Below, piece after piece: positions 53,127 through 63,865 of a DNA stretch of 64,000 bases. The stretch lies in assembly GCA_977017645.1 (NCBI GenBank), contig OZ360230.1, positions 74,152,001 through 74,216,000 on the forward strand, given 5' to 3'. The stretch is from Torpedo marmorata (lineage: Eukaryota). The notes under the pieces are model-generated. The model was not told the DNA's origin. It worked only from the letters and a program-made list of their open reading frames with translations, and did not search any database. The first letter of the stretch is position 1. Each line of letters begins with the position of its first letter. A program made the translations under genes and the position numbers.

Positions 53127-54062
53127 CAATAGTCACCTGTAATTAAAAATTTGCGGCAAGCATTCAGCAAATATCACAAATTATGGAATTCTTCAGACAT
53201 TCAGCATTAATTACCTTTGTATTACTTGATAAGGAACAGAATTAAAAAATGATTTAGAAACTTTAGTGGTATTGACAGTTTAAGTTAGCCTTCAAATGGA
53301 CTGATCTCACAAAACGAAAACAATTACACTTCAAAATGTCTCATCCATTAAGTTATGACTGACAATGTAGAGTATTTTGCAATGTTTTACTTGGCTTTCA
53401 GATCTTGGCTGATGATATCATAGCTCTGCGTGACATGTATTTGTTGCATTATTTCCCAGTTACAAGTTACCAAAGTATTAAACGATATCCATTTCGTCAT
53501 CAATGACATATTGATTCCCATTCAGTTTTGACACCCTGCATGGCTTGGTCCCAAAATGAACATTCAGGGTAGGCTTCAAAGATCACCGAAGGGTTGTTCC
53601 TTCATGTCACTAGATATAACAATTATTGCTGAGGTATTTGAAGTAGAGGTTGATGATTTAAACTGCATTTTCAGTTTTAAAATGTGAATGTTTATCATAA
53701 GAATCCATGTTTCTGATTCTGCTAAAGAATGCATGAAAATTTCCCACATAAAGGACCAAGTAATAGGATGGAAGGATGTCTTTCAGTCAGAAATAAATGG
53801 AGCTGTTTAAAGTTCTATAATTAGTTACACTATCAATATGCATCAAATGCAAAAAAAAAGCAACAAAATCATTCCAGCTTTAGTGATGAAACTGCAATGT
53901 GCAATATTATGTACTTCTATATCTACCGTGGTATTTCATGAAAGTATTGTATTGTATTCTATATTTTCTTGATATCCTTGTAAATTAATTGGTTGGCTAT
54001 ATAAGATGTTTACTGACAGGTGTTTTGGGCATTGTTAACAATATACAAGATCTAAAAAGTAT

Positions 54063-54070
54063 ACATTCCA
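54063..54070 (+). promoter_or_regulatory. miR-1/miR-206 8mer site (ACATTCCA)
   Basis: atACATTCCAttg in the distal 3'UTR. Confidence 0.7.
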
Positions 54071-54729
54071 TTGATACTGTACATAAAATTCTCCACATAA
54101 AATCTGATAAGTAGAAAAATTGTGTAAGTTTATATCACAGACTGAAAACCATATCTTATTTTAGTAAGACTAGAGGAAAGGTATGTATAGGTGGAAGGAA
54201 TTTCAAAAATTGTTTATTATAGACTGTTGCTGTCTTTCCGCTAAATGCCTGAAGCATGGTGGCAATTTGGAAAGTATGGTTTCAGATTCACACAAGAAGT
54301 TCGATAGGTGGATATTTATACATGTGTAGGAGTTTGTGGAAACAATTCCCATGATGTTGTCCATAAACCTAATTATGATCATGATATCAATCTGATAATT
54401 TGTTGCATTGCAACATAGACTTTCTTAGAGAGGCTATTATTTATTCCTATATATTCAACTATTTTTAGAAATTAGCATGTATCTCATGATATGTACATTT
54501 TTGCTTAGAATGTAGAAACAAATTAGATGAATACTGCCATCAAGTACAATGATTAGACGATGTGATATTTTCTATCACATTCTGGTTTTAAAGAGTGATG
54601 AAACTTAATGGAACTGAATGTTTTGTAGCGTCTGCCGTTCATCCTTCTGTTTGTCATTTGACTGCAAAATACAGCCTTGATGTAAAGATTCTCTTTCCTG
54701 TACAAACACAGTGAATATTTACTATTTAT

Positions 54730-54742
54730 AATAAAAAATAAA
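54730..54742 (+). terminator. Tandem polyadenylation signals (AATAAA x2)
   Basis: AATAAA at 54730-54735 and 54737-54742, preceded by TGTA elements (tgtaaag, tgtacaa). Confidence 0.7.
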
Positions 54743-55599
54743 CAGCTAACAAAATCAATCATCTGAATATGTCCTCTTTATCATATATGGATAATTGCAA
54801 TTTTCCTCCAGAAACAATAATTCATGAAATGTCTGCATTTCCACAACACTGGCTTACTAAAATTTGACTTCAGCTGCAGCTGTAAGTTTGAGCAATGCAA
54901 GAACTGCATTGTTGGTGTCTGAAAAGATAATCATGACTCCAAAAATGTAGAGCTGGGGATATTTGCAATAGTTCAGTGTGTCCCTTCACTATTACTGTCT
55001 CTAGTAATAATTGGTCACTGTCTGTTAGCACAGGTGAATGGGTGGCACTAAGTCTTCTTTTCAATTATACTTAGTAGCAGGCTTCCTTTGGAATGTTACA
55101 CTTTGAATTGCAGTAATTAAGGAACTTAAACTTTATGACTTCCTCTGCTGGGGATTTCAACCTGATGTTGATCAGGTGTCTCCTCAACTAATGAGATTGA
55201 AACACAGAGGGGGTTAAGTTGGCCTTAGCAATACTATCTGTTTTTTGGGCACCACAAGAGATATGATAAGTCCAAAATAATTTTTGTAGCATGCAAACCT
55301 ATATGGTGCAGGCTGCATTAAATGCCATATTTGGAAGGACAATTATGCATGGGCAGCAAATACAAGCTGAAACTATGCAGATAAAACAAATCATAACATT
55401 AAGTAGCATCTGCAATACTGATTTCACACTGGCACAGGTATTCTTGAGTTAAATTCTCCAGCTAACACATCTTTTAAATATGCAGGTGAGCAAGGGCCCT
55501 CAACAATGTCATTTAAATGATTCGTTTGTTCTTTTCATATTAACTCATTGAAGTTGTGACTCTGTGAGTACTTAGTGCTTTCTAGAATTAATCTCCAAG

Positions 55600-56010
55600 G
55601 AGAGTGCCTGTATATATGGGCCATAGTGGAGGAGGGGGATAGGTAAGAGGAGGGGGATGAAGAGAATTAGAAATTTGAAGAAAGAGAGGAGCAGGAGGAG
55701 GAGATAAAGGGGGAGAGAGGGGAATGGGAACAATTCAGAGTATTTGCACCCAGGATATTTTTGAAGGCAAATCTTTACTTCACCGCAGTGTGAGGTAAGT
55801 GTGCGACATCTGCACTTCATAAAACATCCTCATGGAAATCTGAAAATTAAAAAAGAACTGTAGATGCTGTAAATCCTAAAATAAACAGAAAATGTTGGAA
55901 ATATTCAGCAGCATTCATGAGGTCATTGATACTTCATCTGATTTAAGTCTGTCAATTTAACTCTGTTTCTCTCCCTGCGGATGCTGCCTGACCTGATGAG
56001 TATTTCCACT
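55600..56010 (-). mobile_element. Decayed PLE fragment with inverted termini
   Basis: Purine-rich tract; minus-strand GCFMKCRCRT Cys motif; aaatgttggaaatattcagcag and gatgctgcctgacctgatgagtatttcca terminal words. Confidence 0.55.
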
Positions 56011-56452
56011 CCTTAACTTCTCAATTCTTGATAATTATTGCACCATTTCCAGCTTCTATCTCTCCTCTAAGGTTCTGGAATCTTCCACAGCTATTTAACT
56101 TCATGCCATATTTTTCTTCAGCCACTTTTTGAATCTTTTCAATCAAGCTTCCATCCCGGCCACATCAATGAAATGTTGGGGGAAAAAAGGAGCAACATGA
56201 AAGACTGCCTAATGATCAATTATTCACGTACAAAAATGTTAGGCTAGAGATACTGTCACATCTTCAAAAACAGATATGCAGTCAGGTACAATATTGTACA
56301 TTATATATTTGCATGCAAGGAGGAGGAAATGTAACAACTTGTATGATTAACTTGTTATGTACCACAGTTTTGTCCTTCTTCCTAGTGCTTTCTAATATTT
56401 TCCTGTTGAAAAAAAGATTGATTTGTTTCTCCTATAGATTATGATCTAATAA

Positions 56453-57064
56453 CACTGGACAACAAATTTTTTCAAAAGGTTTGCTTCCTGAAAAAAAAAT
56501 ACAATTATGATAGACAACTTCAAGCTAAACTCAATGATAATCTCAGATTTTCTCTATCACGTAGGAAGTTGGAGAAACATTAAATGAACTTTTATTGAAT
56601 TTAGCATGTTTAATCGCATAATGATGCTGACACACTGCGTTAGTTCAACTGACCTAAAAATATTTTGCCGCTGATTTTCGTTTGTACTCAGCATCTGATG
56701 CCTATCGTGCCAATGTCCAAAAATAGTCGGCCAGCATTTATGGATTCCAGTTACCCTGTTACAGCTTTTCCATAGTTCCAATGACCTGGTGAAACCTGTC
56801 ACCATGTTCATCACTGACTGCACCAAGATCAGCCGGGAAGAAGTCCAAGTGTGAATGCAGAAAATGAATTTTCAATGACATGTTGAACTTCATGGTTTTG
56901 TATGCTTGAAGTAGACTTAAAATATGACAGGAAATCACAAAAATAGATGACATCTAAAAAACGGTACGTGATAGGAAAATTTTAAGGTGCTTTTTGTGAA
57001 CAGCAGCCCAAAATCCATTAAAGGCACCCTAGTGTTCAGGAAGCAAAATATTCGTTGTCCAGTG
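56453..57064 (-). mobile_element. Chapaev3-type (CMC) DNA transposon deletion derivative
   Basis: CAC...GTG termini (cactggacaac / gttgtccagtg, subterminal tgcttcctga), 3-bp TSD TAA; minus strand MSLKIHFLHSHLDFFPADLGAVSDEHGDRFHQ..MEK.*QGNWNP*MLADYFW. Confidence 0.85.
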
Positions 57065-57183
57065 TAATTGACTGGTGTATCTAAAGGCACCTCACTCAGG
57101 AAGATCCCACTTCAATTTCGTGATGTATGGCACTGTGACAGATTACTTCTGTTGAGGGTGATCCACGACAATCATGCAATTGT

Positions 57184-57808
57184 CTTTCTTTTAAAAATAT
57201 TTTTATTGATTTTAATAAAGAACTTATAACAATAATAAAATACAATGAGATGATATGAATAGCTACACATAATTAATAAAACAATCAGTATGTCAAAAAC
57301 AAATGTAAATTGTAAAACATATTCATAATTCGTAATCCAGATAATATTTTTATAAAAAAAGGAACTAATAATGAAAAAAAAGAAAAAAACGAGAGAGAAA
57401 GGAAAAAAAGGAAAAGATATAAGAAAAAAAAGTAAAATAAAAAAAGGAAAAACAAAACAAAAAGAGAGAAAACTCAGCACTGAGTACTCCCTAATAACGT
57501 TGGCACCAGAGCCATTCCACCATCTCTCTCAGATCTCTGTAGAAGAACTTTATTAAGGTAAGGGTGCTTTCCCTTCCGTATGTAAGATGATATAGCCGAA
57601 TCAAGTAAGTCAAAAAATGATTTACGAACAAAAATTGGAAAAGATTGAAAAATATATAAAAATTTAGTTAAGATATTCATTTTAATAGAATTTATATGAC
57701 CAACTAAGGTTGTAGACAAAGGTGACCATTGAGTCAGGGAATGCTTCACTTGTTTGAACGTAACAAGATAATTCTCCTGAAAAAGATGTTTATGATTCTT
57801 TGTAATTG
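57184..57808 (-). mobile_element. Older L1-clade fragment (different family): ORF2 post-RT region joined to 3'UTR
   Basis: ITKNHKHLFQENY...GHINSIKMNILTKFLYIFQSFPIF...KGKHPYL..GGMAL; minus-strand 3' end aataaaaatatttttaaaagaaaga. Confidence 0.8.
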
Positions 57809-58320
57809 TGTTATGGACCATGACTGACCATTTGGACTGTGGATGGTCAGCAGGAAGGATGAAGTCTTTTGGAGTACACACTGGGACCAGGTACTGAAAG
57901 AGTTAACTTGCCCTGGACTGGCTGTGCTCAGAGAGAGACACACACATAGAGAGAGAGAGAGACAGGCTGTGGAAAGATACTTTGTTGCACTTTTGCAAAA
58001 GCAGGTGCAAACCTCTGCAAAAAGCATCCAGTTTGGAGTTGCAAGAGGCTGGAGCAACACAGCCAAATCCAGGCTTGTGCATTCCAGCTAGAAAGGCTGG
58101 GAGAATAGCACATGACCTCCTGTATCAGCAAAATCCTGAGAAAAAACAACTTTCGTGGAGAACAGGCATGAGATCAGCAAGACAGGCTGTGAGATCCAAG
58201 TACACGCCTCAATCAGTGGTATACTGATTTGGGAAGAAGAATCCTCATGCACCTACCAAAAGGGAAAGTTATCGGGGAAGAAAAGCAGACCAAGCATTCG
58301 TAAGCTTAGTCATTGTCTCT

Positions 58321-60023
58321 TTAATAAAGAGGAATTAAATCTTCACCTATATATAGTTTTTTATTTTTCTGGAATTATACATGACATTAATAGAGGTGAG
58401 TGATCAGAAATTATTCTTGCTTTGTATTGTGCTTGAGTCACCCTATCTTCTACTTGTGAGGACAATAAAAACATATCTATTCTAGAGTATGAGTCATGCC
58501 TAAAAGAATAGAAAGAATAATCTTTTTCTCTTGGATTCAACTTTCTCCAAATATCTATTAAGTTTAAATCTTTCATCAAAATAAGAATTCTTTTAGCAAT
58601 TTTAGTTCTAATAATTGATTTCGATGTTTTATCCATTATTGGATCTAAATAACAATTAAAATCCCCACCAATTAAAATATTATCATTTGCTTCTGACAAA
58701 TGCATAAAAGAAACTTGAATAAATTGTTCATCTTCCATATTTGGTACATATATATTCATGAGTGTCCACATTAAACATTTGTTAGAAATATGGAATAGAG
58801 TGGATAGGGAGATAGGAGGGAAAGGGTTAATTTCTCAAAAAATGCCTTTATATCAAAATAATCGTATTCCATTTACTGTTGATAATCAATTATTTAAATT
58901 TGGTTCCAAAAGGGAATTAAGAAAATAAATGATTGTTTTGAAGCTAGTAAATTTATTACTTTTCAAAGAATGAAAGAAAAGTTTAATATATTAAATAATA
59001 CACTTTTTGCTTATTATCAAATTAGAGCATTTTTAGTTGAAAGGTTGGGTTATAGCTTGACTTTACCAAGACAAAGTGAACTGGAATTATTAGTTACTAA
59101 TAGAGGTGTAAATAAATTTATTTCTCAAATGTATAGATTGTTACAGAGAAAAATGCCGAAATTAGGGGTTCATAAATCAAGATTAAAATGGGAATCAGAT
59201 CTCAATGTAACAATAGGTGAAGAACATTGGAAAGAACTATGTAAACAAAGTATGATGAAGATTATTAACGTTAGATATAGGTTAGTGCAATATAATTTTT
59301 TTCATCAATTTATCTAACACCTAAAAAATTAAAGAAATTTAATCCGACATTATCAGGTTTATGCTTCAGATGTAATAGAGAGGAAGGTTCTTTTGTACAT
59401 TCTACATGATTCTGTCCAAAGATATATGATTTTTGGTTGAAAGTTAAAAAGTTTTTAGACAAAGTATTAAGTATTACACTTCCACTGGACCCTATGATAT
59501 TTTTGTTTGGAGATATTAAAAGAATTAGTATTAAGATGAAATTAAATATGTATCAAATAGAATTTTTGCGAATTGCTTTAGCTGTTTCAAAGAAATGCAT
59601 TGCTATTACTTGGAAATCTGATGTAGATTTAGGGTTAGAAAGATGGCATGCAGAACTTCGTTCATGTATACCACTTGAAAAAATTACTTATAATTTACGT
59701 AATAAATATCATTTCTTTTTGAAAATATGGAGCCCATATATTAAAACTGTTGGTTTAAGGATTTGAAGAGCTCTGGATATCAGATCTGACTGGCGAACCT
59801 ATCTTCCACAATAAATTCAGCTTATAGTTGTTCTTTTTAGATTGACATTATCCTTACTCTATCTTTTTCTTTCTTTCTTTCTTTTCTATTTTAGCAGATT
59901 AGTAGGGGTAGGAGGGTTAGGGAGGGGAGGGAGGGTGAAAATGTATCACATGTATTTTGATAATTTTGCATTTTATATTATGTATTCTGTGATTTAAAAT
60001 TTTAAAAAATATTTTAAAAAAAC
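58321..60023 (+). mobile_element. L1 with 5' inversion (twin priming) and 13-bp TSD
   Basis: TSD agtcattgtctct at 58308-58320 and 60024-60036; inverted APE segment 58321-58771 (GGDFN, SRID, SDHSP); sense ORF2 C-terminus 58772-59766 with frameshifts; G-rich UTR; A tail. Confidence 0.93.
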
Positions 60024-60068
60024 AGTCATTGTCTCTCTCTCCAACGTTCATTAAGAAGTCCTTCGTGC

Positions 60069-63000
60069 AGGAAGATATGTTTTGATACATTGTCAAATTT
60101 ATTCAGAATCTTGGACACTTATGAATTTATATGTGTCAAATCCAGACGATGAGCAGTTTATCCAAGATGCTTTTTTGCATTTATCAGATGCTAATGAGAA
60201 TATTTTAATTGGGGGAGACTTCAATTGTTGTTTAGATTCAATAATGGATAGAACTTCAAGATCATCTGTTAGACCTAAAATTGTGAAAAAAGTTCTTAGT
60301 TTGATGAAAGATTTAAACTTAATAGATATTTGGAGGAGATTGAATCCTAGGGAAAAAGATTATTCATTTTACTCTTTTAGACATGATTCATATTCTAGAA
60401 TAGATTTATTTTTATTATCATCACAAGTTCAAGATAGAATAACGCAAGTATCTTATAAAGCGAGGGTAATTTCTGACCACTCACCTTTATTGTCCTGTAT
60501 AATCCCGGAAAGAGAAAAAACTATATATAATTGGAGATTTGATTCATCGTTATTAAAAAGGAAAGATTTTTGTGAATATATAAGAAGTGAAATTCAGGAA
60601 TTTTTACGAATAAATGTTAACTCTACTAATGATAAATTTATAGTTTGGGAAGTTTTAAAAGCTTATTTAAGGGGCTTAATAATAAGTTATTCAGTTAAAA
60701 TTAAGAAAGATTATCTTAGGGAATCAGAAAAATTGGAGAAGGAAATTGAACTTATGGAGAAAGATTTACAGAGAAATAGATCAATTCAAAAAAGAAATCG
60801 TTTAATAGGGAAGAAATTACATTATAATTTGTTGCAAACATATAGAATGGAAAAATTAATTGAGAAAACTAAACAAAGATATTATGAATTAGGAGAAAGA
60901 GCACATAAGGTTTTGGCATGGCAATTGAAAAAGGAACAAGTTTCTAAAACTATAAATGCTACAAGGAAGAAAAATACTGGAGAAATAACTTATAAACCTC
61001 AAGAGATAAATGAATCTTTTAAAGACTATTATCAGAATTTATATAGATCGCAGATTGATCAAGATGATTCTAAAATTAATAGATTCTTATCTAAAATCAC
61101 ATTACCTAAATTGAATAACCGGAGTAGAGATTCTTTAGATTTACCTTTTACAATGAGAGAAGTTAGTGAAGTTTTTTCTTCGTTGAAGAGTGGTAAATCT
61201 CCGGGTGATGATGGGTTTTCATCAGAATTTTATAAAGAATTTAAAGATTTATTGATACCTCCATATATGGAAGTACTAGATCAAATTACGGAAACTCATT
61301 TATTACCGAAAACATTTTTAAATGCTATAATTACAGTTATACCAAAGAAAGATAGAGATGTATTAAAAACTGAATCATATAGACCTATTTCATTATTAAA
61401 TGTAGATTATAAAATAATGGCAAAAATTTTAGCAAATAGAATGGCTAAATATTTGCCAGATTTGGTACATCTAGATCAAGCTGGTTTTATTAAAAATAGA
61501 TATTCAAAGGATAATATAGCTAGATTAATTAGTTTAATTGGTTTGCACAAAAAGAAACAAGATTTACCATTAGTTGTAACATTAGATGCTGAAAAGGCTT
61601 TTGATAGATTAGAATGGAATTTTTTATTTAAGGTATTAGAAAAATTTGGTTTTGGAAATACATTTATAAATTGGATTAAAACTATATATAAAGAACCATC
61701 AGCTAAAGTAATTACAAATGGACAAATATCGCCAAAATTTTCTTTGACACGTTCTACGAGACAGGGATGTCCCCTGTCACCAGCTTTATTTGTTTTAGCA
61801 ATAGAACCCTTGGCTGAATTAGTTAGAAAAGATCCTAAAATAGTGGGTATTAAAGTTGGTACGGAAGAACATAAGATTAGTTTGTTTGCAGATGATGTAT
61901 TGATATATATGACAAAATCTATTATATCACTTCAACAATTATCTATTATATTAAGAGAATATGGTGAAATATCTGGATATAAAATTAATTCAGATAAGAG
62001 TGAAATAATGGCTTTATCTCAAGGTGATTATACTAGATGTAAAGAAATTACACAATTTAAATGGGCTAAAGAAGGAATTAAATATTTGGGGGTTAAGGTT
62101 GATACAAAATTGGAAAACTTATATAAATTAAATTATCTACCATTATTTGTGAAAATAAAGAAAGATTTAGAGAATTGGAAAGATTTACCCATAACTTTAA
62201 TGGGAAGGGTAAATTGTATTAAAATGAATATTTTTCCAAGAGTTCAGTATCTTTTTCAATCAATTCCTTTTGGAATTCCTCAAAAATTTTTTAAAGATTT
62301 AAATTTTATTATTAGGAAATTTTTGTGGAAAGGAAAGTTAGCAAGAGTAAGCATGGAAAAGTTAACTTGGAATTATGAGTTGGGTGGATTGCAACTTCCT
62401 AATTTTCAAAATTATTATAAAGCAGCCCAATTAAAATTTGTTATTGAACTTTTTGATTCAAATAAAACTTCTGCTTGGATTAAAATAGAATTAAATAATA
62501 TAGGAGAAAATTTTAAAGAAGATATTATTTATAAATGGGATTCTAAATTAATATCAGTAAAAAAGAAAAATTCACCGATTATTAAACATCTGTTAGAAAT
62601 ATGGGGTAAGTTGGATAAAGAGATACGTGGAAGAGGATTAATTTCTTCAAATATGCCATTATATCAAAATGGACTTATATCATTTACTGTTAATAATCAG
62701 TTATTTAAAATTTGGTTTCAAAAAGGTATTAAGAAGATTAATGATTGTTTTGAAGCTGGAAGATTTATTACGTTTCTAAGAATGAAAGATAAATTTAATA
62801 TATTAGATAATACATTTTTAGCTTATTATCAAGTTAAAGCTTTTTTAACCGAGAAATTAGGTCATGCTTTGATTTTACCAAGACAAAATGAATTAGAATT
62901 ATTAGTTACTAATGGAGAAGTTAATAAATTTATTTCTCAAATGTATAAATTGTTTCAGAGGAAAATGCCTAAAATAGGATTGCATAAATCAGGATTAAAA

Positions 63001-63865
63001 TGGGAAGTAGATTTAAATGTAAATATAGATGAAAATCATTGGAAAGATTTATGTAAGTTAAGTATGACGAAAATTATTAATGTTAGATATAGATTAGTAC
63101 AGTATAATTTCTTTCATCAATTGTATTTAACACCTAAAAAATTAAAGAAATTTAATCCGACATTATCAGGATTATGTTTTAGATGCAATAATGAGGAAGG
63201 CTCTTTTGTTCATTCTACATGGTTTTGTCCAAAGATTCAAGATTTTTGGTTGAAAGTTAAATTTTTTTTAGATAAAATATTTAATATTACATTTCCAATG
63301 GATCCTATGTTATTTTTATTTGGAGATATTAGAAAATTTAGTATTAAAAAGAAATTAAATATGTTTCAAGTAGAATTTTTACGAATTGCTTTAGCGGTTT
63401 CGAAAAAATGCATTGCTATTACTTGGAAATCTGATTTAGATTTAGGATTAGAAAGATGGCATGCAGAGCTTCGTTCGTGTATACCACTGGAAAAAATTAC
63501 TTATAATTTACGTAATAAATATCATTTCTTTTTGAAAATTTGGAGCCCATACATGAGAGCTGTGGGTTTAGGGATTTGAAGATCTCTAGATATCGGATCT
63601 ACTGGCATACTTGACCTCCGTAATAGAATTAGTTTATAGATGATATTCCCCTTATTCTATCTTTTCCTTTCTTTCTTTTTTCTATTTTTATTTTTACTTT
63701 TATTCTATATTACTAGATTAGTGGGGATGGGGGGGGGGTTTAGGGAGTGGAGGGAGGTGGGGGGGTGAAAATGTATCACATGTATTTTGACAATTTTATA
63801 TTTTATTTTATGTATTTTGTGATTTAAAAGTTTAAATAAAATAATTTTTAAAAAAAATAAAAAAA
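60069..63865 (+). mobile_element. Young 5'-truncated L1-clade LINE with 16-bp TSD
   Basis: TSD aagaagtccttcgtgc at 60053-60068 and 63866-63881; TT|AAGAA target; G-rich 3'UTR, AATAAA and A tail. Confidence 0.97.
60082..63579 (+). CDS. L1 ORF2 (N-terminally truncated APE endonuclease, RT, CCHC), uninterrupted
   Basis: GGDFN, SRID, SDHSP; KSPGDDG, YRPISLLNVDYK, LDAEKAFD, RQGCPLSP, FADD; CFRC..HSTWFC; the TTG start is not a real start because the frame begins at the truncation point. Confidence 0.95.
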   Translation: MIHCQIYSESWTLMNLYVSNPDDEQFIQDAFLHLSDANENILIGGDFNCCLDSIMDRTSRSSVRPKIVKKVLSLMKDLNLIDIWRRLNPREKDYSFYSFRHDSYSRIDLFLLSSQVQDRITQVSYKARVISDHSPLLSCIIPEREKTIYNWRFDSSLLKRKDFCEYIRSEIQEFLRINVNSTNDKFIVWEVLKAYLRGLIISYSVKIKKDYLRESEKLEKEIELMEKDLQRNRSIQKRNRLIGKKLHYNLLQTYRMEKLIEKTKQRYYELGERAHKVLAWQLKKEQVSKTINATRKKNTGEITYKPQEINESFKDYYQNLYRSQIDQDDSKINRFLSKITLPKLNNRSRDSLDLPFTMREVSEVFSSLKSGKSPGDDGFSSEFYKEFKDLLIPPYMEVLDQITETHLLPKTFLNAIITVIPKKDRDVLKTESYRPISLLNVDYKIMAKILANRMAKYLPDLVHLDQAGFIKNRYSKDNIARLISLIGLHKKKQDLPLVVTLDAEKAFDRLEWNFLFKVLEKFGFGNTFINWIKTIYKEPSAKVITNGQISPKFSLTRSTRQGCPLSPALFVLAIEPLAELVRKDPKIVGIKVGTEEHKISLFADDVLIYMTKSIISLQQLSIILREYGEISGYKINSDKSEIMALSQGDYTRCKEITQFKWAKEGIKYLGVKVDTKLENLYKLNYLPLFVKIKKDLENWKDLPITLMGRVNCIKMNIFPRVQYLFQSIPFGIPQKFFKDLNFIIRKFLWKGKLARVSMEKLTWNYELGGLQLPNFQNYYKAAQLKFVIELFDSNKTSAWIKIELNNIGENFKEDIIYKWDSKLISVKKKNSPIIKHLLEIWGKLDKEIRGRGLISSNMPLYQNGLISFTVNNQLFKIWFQKGIKKINDCFEAGRFITFLRMKDKFNILDNTFLAYYQVKAFLTEKLGHALILPRQNELELLVTNGEVNKFISQMYKLFQRKMPKIGLHKSGLKWEVDLNVNIDENHWKDLCKLSMTKIINVRYRLVQYNFFHQLYLTPKKLKKFNPTLSGLCFRCNNEEGSFVHSTWFCPKIQDFWLKVKFFLDKIFNITFPMDPMLFLFGDIRKFSIKKKLNMFQVEFLRIALAVSKKCIAITWKSDLDLGLERWHAELRSCIPLEKITYNLRNKYHFFLKIWSPYMRAVGLGI

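Larger units (their letters stand above)
52886..54760 (+). other. pax3: Putative pax3 3'UTR
   Basis: Repeat-free AT-rich tract after the stop, ending in tandem AATAAA; exact cleavage site inferred. Confidence 0.7.

Noticed and set aside
57172-57556. Phe-rich and Lys-rich ORFs
   Set aside because: Translations of the low-complexity A/T-rich L1 3'UTR
63722-63766. G-quadruplex-like tract as a novel element (also at 59905-59937 and 13862-13895)
   Set aside because: A standard G-rich feature of L1 3'UTRs, shared by all three copies
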